In this document: in pieces, positions 39,155 to 47,833 of the stretch | Position numbering within the stretch: the first letter of the stretch is position 1 | Layout of the letters: each line of letters starts with the position of its first letter | Program-made: the position numbers and the translations under genes | IMG/VR virus record: IMGVR_UViG_3300028591_000076 | Coordinates: 1 to 64,000 of that record | DNA from: a virus | Lineage: Duplodnaviria > Caudoviricetes | Reading direction: 5' to 3' (one strand) | DNA: 64,000 nucleotides | Notes under the pieces: model-generated | The model's input: the letters and a program-made list of their open reading frames with translations, nothing else | Told to the model about the DNA's origin: nothing | The model's database searches: none

Positions 39155-39895
39155 TTATTTATAGTAAACTGCTACTTGGCACTTTCTATAAAGAGTTGCA
39201 CCATTTTCTTTCCAAAGTTTATTATTAATAGCACTTCCCCAAGTATCTTCTTTATTCATAGGATATAATTTCTTATAATCACAATATGTGCTATCTGGAA
39301 TAATATTTAATAACGAAAGTCCTTCATGACATGCTAAAACATCATGTAAACGTTTGTCACTATTAAATTTATACTCTTCTTGTAATTCTTTAAAAAATTT
39401 AGAAGACCATAATCCTTTAATAGTATTTTTTTCATCATGACATAAATGTTTACCAACTAAAATAATTTCACTTAATTTATTTTCTGGCATAGATAAAACT
39501 TTTTTAGTTGACTCTATGTCCATATTAAAGTTGTAAGTTCTAACAAACTCTTTATATTTAAACTTTGGAAGTTGCTCTTCAGCTACTATGATATTATTTC
39601 CTACAAAACCGCCATTCATAACTAAAGTATCTAATGTATTTCCAGCTTCTAAGAACTCAGCAACTTTTGTAAGCGCACCACCACAAAATACTATTTCAGT
39701 GCCTAATTGAATTTCTGGAAACTTAGCTACGCCTTTAAGAATAAATTTATTTAATCTCTGTTTTCCTTCTTCTGATATAGGTTCAGGATCACAAACAATA
39801 TAAGATAATGCGTCATATTTGAGAAGGTATTCTATTGCAATTATATCATCAATATCTTGGTCTAGGTCTGCTATATAAGCTACTTTAGTTTTCAT
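39155..39895 (-). CDS. nucleoside hydrolase-like protein (IU-NH fold)
   Basis: DLDQDIDDIIA (DxDxxxDD), GALT, VMNGG, YNFNMD, LHD. Confidence 0.8.
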   Translation of the reverse strand: MKTKVAYIADLDQDIDDIIAIEYLLKYDALSYIVCDPEPISEEGKQRLNKFILKGVAKFPEIQLGTEIVFCGGALTKVAEFLEAGNTLDTLVMNGGFVGNNIIVAEEQLPKFKYKEFVRTYNFNMDIESTKKVLSMPENKLSEIILVGKHLCHDEKNTIKGLWSSKFFKELQEEYKFNSDKRLHDVLACHEGLSLLNIIPDSTYCDYKKLYPMNKEDTWGSAINNKLWKENGATLYRKCQVAVYYK

Positions 39896-39959
39896 ATTTA
39901 TAATATGTAAATTAATATATTATGGGCGCTATTATTATATATGGGAGTCATATTATTTT

Positions 39960-40652
39960 ATGTCATATTTAACACATAAAGCGGATTTTTTAGATTTTTA
40001 TGAAATGTCTAATAATAAAAAAGAGTTTATAAAAAATTTGGATTTATATGTAGATAATATTAAAGTTGTAGTTAATAATGAAGTTGACTTAATACCATAT
40101 TATCCATTTCTTATATCTTCTTCTAGTACTACCCCATCAAAAGTTGTAGTAAACTTAACAAAATGTTCATATATCGATACGCTAGAACTAGATATAATAT
40201 CATTAATGATATATCTTTGTGTAAAACAAGCTAAAAAACATAAAAATGATAAATCAAAAATTTTAGTAGATGAAGATTTTGTTAGTCAGCTTCATACTTA
40301 CCCAGAATCTATATTTATTTTAGATATTATATTAGAAAATAAACTTACAAATAAAATTCCGCTCTTTAATAGAGATGCAGCTAAATTTCATAGATATTGT
40401 AATAATTGGCTAATACCAGAATATTTTAGTAATATAAGGTCTTATGCAGCAAATAATTTAAGAATAAAATGGCTAGAATTAGCAAAGGATAATAATTATA
40501 TAGTTTCATTATATGATGCTGATAAGAACGAATTCATAAGGTATAATGAAGATGGAATATATTCAAAAATAATAAATGATGCAGTTTTAAAAATTTATTT
40601 TTATATTAATTTTCTTAAAAAGAAAAATTCATTAAAAACATTTTCAATTTAA
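39960..40652 (+). CDS. hypothetical protein
   Basis: 230 aa, GGGAG RBS. Confidence 0.7.
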   Translation: MSYLTHKADFLDFYEMSNNKKEFIKNLDLYVDNIKVVVNNEVDLIPYYPFLISSSSTTPSKVVVNLTKCSYIDTLELDIISLMIYLCVKQAKKHKNDKSKILVDEDFVSQLHTYPESIFILDIILENKLTNKIPLFNRDAAKFHRYCNNWLIPEYFSNIRSYAANNLRIKWLELAKDNNYIVSLYDADKNEFIRYNEDGIYSKIINDAVLKIYFYINFLKKKNSLKTFSI

Positions 40653-40655
40653 AAT

Positions 40656-40681
40656 AAAAGCTGCCTATTTGGCAGCTTTTT
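40656..40681. terminator. bidirectional intrinsic terminator
   Basis: AAAAGCTGCC..GGCAGCTTTT; same stem as 52028..52055. Confidence 0.85.
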
Positions 40682-40688
40682 ATATTTA

Positions 40689-40916
40689 CTAAGCGAACAA
40701 TTCCTCATATATATCAAATTCAGTTTCAACTAAATTTGAAGAGTCTATTTCTGATAATTGTTCAGTATCATTATTAAACTCATTATAAGACATATCATCA
40801 AAAATATCATCAAAATAATAATTTGATGAGTTATCATCCGACTCTTCTACTTCCGTAGGACCTACAATATCTAAACTTTCCAAGTCTAATTCGTCGTATA
40901 TCTGGTCGTCGCTCAA
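40689..40916 (-). CDS. small extremely acidic protein
   Basis: 26 D/E and no K/R/H in 75 aa; GAGG + TTG start. Confidence 0.7.
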   Translation of the reverse strand: MSDDQIYDELDLESLDIVGPTEVEESDDNSSNYYFDDIFDDMSYNEFNNDTEQLSEIDSSNLVETEFDIYEELFA

Positions 40917-40978
40917 AATAAACCTCTTTATTTTATATTAGCCTTTACTTAATTAGGCTATATTCTTAAAAGGCATTA

Positions 40979-41842
40979 TTAGCAAATAGCAACTGGCTTA
41001 TTTAAGAAATGCGCATATTTTCTATTAGGGTTATCTACAGATTTCCAGTATTTTAGCATATAATTAAATGATACTTCAATATCGTTACCAGATTGATTAC
41101 CATCATATTTATTTGTAGACTCTATTATTTTTCCCCATGGATCATCTACTATAAGATTAGTAATAACTTTAGATAGTCCAGCAGAAGTATTATCCTCACT
41201 ATTTATCCATTTTATTAAATCATCTTCAGATGTAGCTTCAAAACCAACAATAGTAATAATATGCCCTTTTAATCCGCCCCATTGTACAGAAGTTGGAATG
41301 GCAATTCTATTTTCATATAGCTGTTTAACAATATCTTTCATTGTAGCACTAGTAGTAAATGTATCAGCTTTAGAACAGCCCATATATTCATTAAAATAAT
41401 GCGCTAGTACCTCATGTAACTCTAAAGGAGTATATGCATTTGGATCACCTTCATACCAGTTTTTCCATAATTGTGGCATTTTTTGCTTAAACCAGTTATT
41501 TTCTTTATTACATTCTGTAATAGTATAATCTGCTAAGGCATCTGGCTCTCTTTCATATGCAGACTTAGGGAAAATCCAGCCAGAATATAGCGCAGCCATT
41601 CCTAAGCTATGAACATTACAAACACAAGTCCAGTTAATTGTATTAGTACCGTATTGTCCTTTCTGTTCATGCACATATTTTGACTTTCTTTGACTATAAT
41701 TATCCTTGCCTTCTGATACGTTTAATCTAAACATTATTTTCTTCTCCTCTATACTAGTACTGCTTATAGTACTTTCTGTATTGGTAATATACTTTTTTCT
41801 TAAAATCTTAAAAATTTTTAGAATTATATCTAGTAGCTTCAT
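40979..41842 (-). CDS. C39-like (papain-fold) peptidase, possible lysin
   Basis: YSQR, CNVHS (Cys), GHIITIVG (His), IVDDPWG (Asp). Confidence 0.8.
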   Translation of the reverse strand: MKLLDIILKIFKILRKKYITNTESTISSTSIEEKKIMFRLNVSEGKDNYSQRKSKYVHEQKGQYGTNTINWTCVCNVHSLGMAALYSGWIFPKSAYEREPDALADYTITECNKENNWFKQKMPQLWKNWYEGDPNAYTPLELHEVLAHYFNEYMGCSKADTFTTSATMKDIVKQLYENRIAIPTSVQWGGLKGHIITIVGFEATSEDDLIKWINSEDNTSAGLSKVITNLIVDDPWGKIIESTNKYDGNQSGNDIEVSFNYMLKYWKSVDNPNRKYAHFLNKPVAIC

Positions 41843-41895
41843 CTATTTAATTTAGTAATACTGACATTTTATCAAATTAAATTACATATTTTAAT

Positions 41896-42252
41896 ATGAC
41901 TAAATTGGAAGAATATGATTTATATGGCTTATGTACAAGCTTAAATGAAACATTTCTAAAAAAAGACGGAGTAGGATTAGGTTTTTATTTTTTAATGAAT
42001 AGTCCATATTTTATAGATAATAGATGCTTAAGAAGTTATCCACAAACAAGTATACCTAAAGACAATAAATATCATCGTACTAGCCAAGCACTTATCCAAA
42101 CGTGCATTGGGCATATTAAAAATAGTAAATGTATTTTTAAAAAAATGCTTAAAAAAAATTTTAATATAGACGATAAACTTTTTGAAAGCTTAAAATGCCA
42201 TATAGATAATTATATTACTAACTTAAGCACTTATGAAAAATATTTTCTATAA
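41896..42252 (+). CDS. hypothetical protein (YF-motif group)
   Basis: TTACATATT 5 nt before ATG; ends TYEKYFL. Confidence 0.7.
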   Translation: MTKLEEYDLYGLCTSLNETFLKKDGVGLGFYFLMNSPYFIDNRCLRSYPQTSIPKDNKYHRTSQALIQTCIGHIKNSKCIFKKMLKKNFNIDDKLFESLKCHIDNYITNLSTYEKYFL

Positions 42253-42281
42253 AAAAAGGACCTATTACAAGGTCCTTTTTT
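42251..42281. terminator. bidirectional intrinsic terminator
   Basis: AAAAAAGGACCT..AGGTCCTTTTTT. Confidence 0.9.
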
Positions 42282-42298
42282 ATAAGTCAGATTAAAGA

Positions 42299-43237
42299 TT
42301 AGTCGCCAAACATCTTAGCGATATCTTCATCAGACATATTTTCATACTTATCCATATCTAATGCAATTTCATCGTCTGACTTATTAAAAATATCAAATGG
42401 GTCATCATTACCAGTATCAGCTGGCTCTTCTACTTCATTAGAAGCTGGTTCAGCTGGTTTTTCAGCTTTAGGCTCTTCTACTGGTGGCTCATTAGATACT
42501 GGTTCTTCAGTTTCTGGCTCTTCTGCAGCTGGTTCGCTAGCTGCTGGAGTATCATCATTACCTAAGAAATCATTATCTGTAATATCAGCGAATGGGTCAT
42601 CTCCCGCTGCACCTTCTGGTTCTGCATTTGCAGATTCTGCAGGTGTATTATCATTTGATGCTGGAACTACTAGAAGATCATCAGCAACTGCATCTTGTGC
42701 ATTCATTAAGATATTTGCAAGATTAGTATCACCCTTACCCATTTCGTCGACAAGAAGCTGTGCCTGTCTAAGAAGTTCAGCTACTTTGTTAGCTTTAGCT
42801 TCATCTGAAACATTTTCTGAAGCTGCTGTATCAGTTCCTGATGTAAATTCAGCTTCAAGACCAGTAGGTGTTGCTTTTCCTGGATTCTTAGCTTTCCAGT
42901 CTGCTATCATGCTATCAGCAATAGGCTGAATTGCATTAGAAATTGCAGTACGTTTACCCTGGTGCTTTACATTACCATTTCTATCAAGTCTATCTGTGTT
43001 AGCCATGTCTGGGAACATTTCATAGAACTCGTTAACTAATGCATTATATGCTTCATAAGCAGGTGTACCTTCTGCATTGTGTGAAGGATTTTTATAAAGG
43101 AATAAGAACTCAGGGTGAATTTCGCAGAATTGACGAATTTGTCTTGCATATGCCTGAGCCATTTCATTCAAATTACCTTCTTGAAGGTTACTCTTTAATG
43201 CCTCTTTATAGATATTTTCGAAAAATGTCTTATTCAT
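42299..43237 (-). CDS. acidic Pro/Ala/Glu-rich protein, putative prohead core/internal head protein
   Basis: downstream of terminase; LQE/LNE-MA N-terminal sites; disordered acidic C-terminal half with DDPF repeats. Confidence 0.55.
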   Translation of the reverse strand: MNKTFFENIYKEALKSNLQEGNLNEMAQAYARQIRQFCEIHPEFLFLYKNPSHNAEGTPAYEAYNALVNEFYEMFPDMANTDRLDRNGNVKHQGKRTAISNAIQPIADSMIADWKAKNPGKATPTGLEAEFTSGTDTAASENVSDEAKANKVAELLRQAQLLVDEMGKGDTNLANILMNAQDAVADDLLVVPASNDNTPAESANAEPEGAAGDDPFADITDNDFLGNDDTPAASEPAAEEPETEEPVSNEPPVEEPKAEKPAEPASNEVEEPADTGNDDPFDIFNKSDDEIALDMDKYENMSDEDIAKMFGD

Positions 43238-43323
43238 TTTTTTCTCCTATAGGACTCGCCCATATTATATATGAGCTTTTTATATAAAATTAGTTATTTA
43301 TAATTTAAATTAGTTTATGAATG

Positions 43324-45594
43324 CTATAAATATAGACCTAAGCTATTCATAAATGTATTAGTTTTACCCTTAATTATCTCATATGATCTTTCTAGCGCAG
43401 CTCCTGGATCCCAAACTTTTCTAGGTATAAACTCATCAGGATATGTATCTAGTAATGATATAGACGCTACAACAGAGTCAAGATTATCCTTTGCAAAATA
43501 GCCAATTTGAGATTTAGACCATGCGGAGTCTGTATAAGTAGCGCCAGACTGACAGAAAGAGTCTGTATAAACGTTTTTTCCTTTCTTATGGTCTACTTTA
43601 GTAGAGCCCGACTGTCGCTTAGCATACTCAAGTGATAACATATTATTTTTTGCCATAATATTTTTACCACAAGCCCATCTTCTATGGAAAGCATAATCTA
43701 TAAATGCATTATAAGGAACATTTACTTTATCAACTGATAATAACTCAACTTCAAAACCAAATCTTTCCAAAGCCTGCATGATAGAACGAGACTGGAATCC
43801 ATCGAAAGATACATGAGATATATTCATATGTCCTAAAGTTACTAAATCCATCAAGAAAAACTTAAATGCATCAAGGTTAATCATACCACCCTTAGGAATT
43901 ACCGGAATAGTAAAATCAGTAACATACATCTTTAACTGATTACCTTCGTCATCTAATACGGGACTCCACTCAACGTGACTTATAGCAATAGACGCAGTAT
44001 CGCCAGAAATAGCTAAGTCGACAGAAGCTGATCTTGGTGTGGATGGCTCATAATAGAAATAATAATTTTCCATTACTTTATTAAAGAATATATCTTTAAC
44101 TTGATTCCAAATTAAATGTTCTGGCTCTTCTTCTTTCAAAGCAATAATATTACTGAATACATTTCTTAAATTATTATTAAATGCATCTTCTACTACTTGT
44201 TGTTCATAGAAAATGCGGTCTGCAGCGCCAGATGGCTGTCCACATAAGTCACGCATGAACTGTATAGGGTTTTCTTGCGCCTGTATTTTATAGTTAACTT
44301 CACCATTTGGGCCCATATATAATTTTGGACACCAAATAATATCTTTCTCATTATAAGTTGCTAACTGTTCAGCATTTTCAATAACAGTTGTTGGCTTACC
44401 AGAGCCGCCTTTAAATAATGGGAATGCCACTTTTAAGTCATGCTTAACTTGACCATTCTCATCTAAAGCATGCTCAAACCCTTTAGGGAAATATTTCCAT
44501 CTTGAGCCGGTTAAAATATAATTTTTAGGGTCTTTTGGAGCAGTTTCATGAATCCATTTATCAATACTAGATTCTAAATTATTTGGGGAAGAATCAAGTA
44601 TAAATCTACCATAGTAATTACCAAACATACGAGAATCAATTCTGGAACGAAGTTTAGTAAAGAATTTCATAACATCATCAGAAGACCAGCCGTTTTCTTC
44701 AAAGAATGCTAACTCAGTTAAAATTCCAGAAATGATTGTAGAACCAATGATATCTTTATCACCTGCTACGGTTTTATAATTGACGCCACCCTGCATCGTA
44801 AGAGCGCTGGTCTTTGAAGCGGTTGTCCAAAGTAATTGATTAGCTACTTCATCTGGTGGCGCGTCTTCATCAGTAATATCCTTACTTCCACGTACTTGTT
44901 TAAAATAAGGACTAGAGTTAATTATATTAAGAATTGGTTCAAGTAAGATTTCAGAGCCTTTTTTCTGAGACCAAGCGCCCAATGCCTGAATATAAACAGT
45001 AGCTGAGCTCTGCCCAAAATACTTGTATGGATGCCACATCATTGCGAAGTGTGTAGAAATATAAAGCTGAATAATAGCAGAAAGCGCGGATTTTCCCCAT
45101 CCAATATGCAAACTTAATATTGCGTTTCTATATGGACTAAGTGGATTCATAAATTCTATAAACGCTTTTCTAACAGGTTCATATAGTGTTTCAGCTGTTG
45201 GACCTAGATATTTTTCTGTTAAGAATTCTTCTGGCGTAGGCGGCTTACATTTGAAATTAAGTCGCCAGCCTTCTGATAAAAGCTCATTTTTAAATACATC
45301 ATTTATACTATTAGTCTTTGCTAACCATTCTATAGCAGCTTTAATATTATTAAAATTTAATGCCTTAAATTCTGGCCTATTAAGAGCTTCTTCATTACCA
45401 TCGAGAATGTCTTGAAATATATATTTTAAGTTACCTAGTGTATCTGGTAATAAAACTGTATTTTCTTGGTCAAGTCCGTTATATGGTAAAATTAAGCCTT
45501 TATCTTCGCCGGATTTTACCATATCATATTTTACTTTTTCAGGGTCATCAGATATTTGAGCTGCGTCAAATAAATCTTGTCCTATATCTTTCAT
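43324..45594 (-). CDS. terminase large subunit (T4 gp17-like)
   Basis: HIGWGKS Walker A, ILTELAF Walker B, LDSSP, RNase H nuclease SVDLAISGD, SFDGFQS, KD..D. Confidence 0.9.
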   Translation of the reverse strand: MKDIGQDLFDAAQISDDPEKVKYDMVKSGEDKGLILPYNGLDQENTVLLPDTLGNLKYIFQDILDGNEEALNRPEFKALNFNNIKAAIEWLAKTNSINDVFKNELLSEGWRLNFKCKPPTPEEFLTEKYLGPTAETLYEPVRKAFIEFMNPLSPYRNAILSLHIGWGKSALSAIIQLYISTHFAMMWHPYKYFGQSSATVYIQALGAWSQKKGSEILLEPILNIINSSPYFKQVRGSKDITDEDAPPDEVANQLLWTTASKTSALTMQGGVNYKTVAGDKDIIGSTIISGILTELAFFEENGWSSDDVMKFFTKLRSRIDSRMFGNYYGRFILDSSPNNLESSIDKWIHETAPKDPKNYILTGSRWKYFPKGFEHALDENGQVKHDLKVAFPLFKGGSGKPTTVIENAEQLATYNEKDIIWCPKLYMGPNGEVNYKIQAQENPIQFMRDLCGQPSGAADRIFYEQQVVEDAFNNNLRNVFSNIIALKEEEPEHLIWNQVKDIFFNKVMENYYFYYEPSTPRSASVDLAISGDTASIAISHVEWSPVLDDEGNQLKMYVTDFTIPVIPKGGMINLDAFKFFLMDLVTLGHMNISHVSFDGFQSRSIMQALERFGFEVELLSVDKVNVPYNAFIDYAFHRRWACGKNIMAKNNMLSLEYAKRQSGSTKVDHKKGKNVYTDSFCQSGATYTDSAWSKSQIGYFAKDNLDSVVASISLLDTYPDEFIPRKVWDPGAALERSYEIIKGKTNTFMNSLGLYL

Positions 45595-45599
45595 ATCTA

Positions 45600-47807
45600 T
45601 TAAGTATTGGCAGTTTCTGGTATTTCATCCGTATTAACATCTCCACCAAGGAGGTTTGTTTTGTTTTTCGGATCGCCAGCGCCATTTTCTCCTTTTTTAT
45701 CATTTTGGTCGCCATTAGTATCACTTTGAGACTGTTCCGCTTGTTCCTTATTAGTCTCACTTGCTGGCGTATCTTGGTTATTAGATTCTTGTTTATTTTT
45801 ATTTTCCTCATTAAGTGCTTCTTGTCTAATTTTTGGAGATTTAGCTTCATCCAGTGCAACTAAGAATTCATTTATTTTATCCCAACCAATATTTTCTATA
45901 TTTCTACCCGTAAAATTTATTAAAGCCTGATCTAGACTTAATGGACTTGTCTGTCCACTATTAGGTGTTAATGAATATAATCTTACTATTAATGTTTTAT
46001 CTTCTTCTGCTAGCGGTCCATTATTAGTAGATAAAGTAGGACTTACATTTGTTGGTTGTTCATTAGCGTTATTTGTACCATTATTATTAGGCGCTACTTG
46101 TTCAGACTCATAAAATTTTTTCATAAATACATCCACTAAATCAAAGTTTGTAGACTCATTCTTTACTTGATTATCAGCTTGACTATTTGTAGAGCTTATA
46201 GTGGTATCAGTATTTTGTATATCCGAATCATCAACTTCAGCCAAAATTTTTTCTAATTCTGCTCTTTCTTCAGGAGTTAGTTCTTGGTTAGACTTAAATT
46301 TATTAGAAATCTTTTCCCAATTAATTTTACGTCTAGAGTCCCAAGCATTTTTACCAGACTGTGCTAGCTCTTTAGCTTTTTTAAATTTCTTATAAGGCAT
46401 AAGTAAGCTAGAAAAGCTAAAGTTTGAAAGGCCTATGGCATCTCTAAATGCTTTTAAGTCTTCTAAGTGGCCAACTTCAAAGAATTTATCTAAATCTTTA
46501 AAGAACTTTTCTGTTGAACTCTCATTTTCCGATTCAGTAGCTTTTAAGTTAAAGTTTGGATTACCATAAACGTCTATATTTCTATATTTTAAGTACCATT
46601 TATAATAATCAAAAAATGCAACTAAAAATTTCTTATCTATAGCTCTATATTTACTGATAACGTTAGCATTATTAAAATCAAAACGTGTAAGATATTTGCT
46701 AGATATATTATCTGGATTTTCATCTATGGATTTTATTGTAGCTTTTTCGTAAGACTCAATTCTATCAAATGTGCCTTTTAACGCTTTATTTAAATTTATA
46801 CTAGGCTCAGTAGCGCCGCTTATACATACTACCTTTGGACACCAGTTAAAATATTTTTTATAAGGTTCAGTACAGAAAATTACAATATTATTCTTATTTG
46901 CTGAGCCTCTAAGCTTTCTAATTTTTTGTAAGAAAGACATTTCATCTAGAAATCCGCCAGTTACTTTAGACTGGTTCTTATTGAAGACTTCTTTTTCAAT
47001 ACCCAGCATAGCATTGCCTTTTATAAGGCCTTGACTCTTAGGGAATATTTCAAAATTATTATAAATATTGGCTAATTCTTCTATCATTGCGCCAGCATTT
47101 GAAAATTCTTGTCCCATTTCTTTAATTGATGCTGGTACATAAATTAATGTTGACCAATCACCTTTTTTATTAGAGTATACAGTACTAGTTGACCTATCAT
47201 TTGTAGGTGACCTACCATTATTATCTTTCTTAAATTCATGATTTAACTGAATAAGTGCATTTTTCATATTTACTGCACTTGTATAAGCGTTAATAGGCCA
47301 TACAAAAATAGATGCGGCATGGTCTGCAGAATAGGATACATTCATTGATCCAATTTCATTATATGTTGAACTCTGATTTGGCGTATTAGCATTATAATTT
47401 AATCCTATATTGCTATTGTCCTGACCTATATTATTATTCTGTACAGTATTCTGAGAATTAATTATACCAGCGGGGCTAGCCTGTGTATATTGATTAGCTA
47501 GATTAGCGCTATTCATATCGCCTTCTACCAATTTCTTATTATACTTATATGGTAGCGCGCCAGTTTTATTAAATTCTTTGAACTCAGATTTCATATCTTT
47601 GGTCATAGAACTAATATCATTCTTTTCCCAAAAAATATAAAAATTGTCATATCCATTAGCTTTAGCTTTTTTAGACTCTTCCTTTAGAATAGCATAATTT
47701 GGGATGCTATCTATAGTAGAAATAAATGCATTAGAATATGCACTTTTTTGTTTTTCTATGTTATATTTATCAAAACCTTCAGTAAAAAATACAATATAAT
47801 CTTTCAT
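45600..47807 (-). CDS. large Asn-rich hypothetical protein between portal and terminase
   Basis: 735 aa; low-complexity N/Q tracts; several LxE sites. Confidence 0.7.
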   Translation of the reverse strand: MKDYIVFFTEGFDKYNIEKQKSAYSNAFISTIDSIPNYAILKEESKKAKANGYDNFYIFWEKNDISSMTKDMKSEFKEFNKTGALPYKYNKKLVEGDMNSANLANQYTQASPAGIINSQNTVQNNNIGQDNSNIGLNYNANTPNQSSTYNEIGSMNVSYSADHAASIFVWPINAYTSAVNMKNALIQLNHEFKKDNNGRSPTNDRSTSTVYSNKKGDWSTLIYVPASIKEMGQEFSNAGAMIEELANIYNNFEIFPKSQGLIKGNAMLGIEKEVFNKNQSKVTGGFLDEMSFLQKIRKLRGSANKNNIVIFCTEPYKKYFNWCPKVVCISGATEPSINLNKALKGTFDRIESYEKATIKSIDENPDNISSKYLTRFDFNNANVISKYRAIDKKFLVAFFDYYKWYLKYRNIDVYGNPNFNLKATESENESSTEKFFKDLDKFFEVGHLEDLKAFRDAIGLSNFSFSSLLMPYKKFKKAKELAQSGKNAWDSRRKINWEKISNKFKSNQELTPEERAELEKILAEVDDSDIQNTDTTISSTNSQADNQVKNESTNFDLVDVFMKKFYESEQVAPNNNGTNNANEQPTNVSPTLSTNNGPLAEEDKTLIVRLYSLTPNSGQTSPLSLDQALINFTGRNIENIGWDKINEFLVALDEAKSPKIRQEALNEENKNKQESNNQDTPASETNKEQAEQSQSDTNGDQNDKKGENGAGDPKNKTNLLGGDVNTDEIPETANT

Positions 47808-47833
47808 ACTATAATTAGCTTCCTATATTCCAA

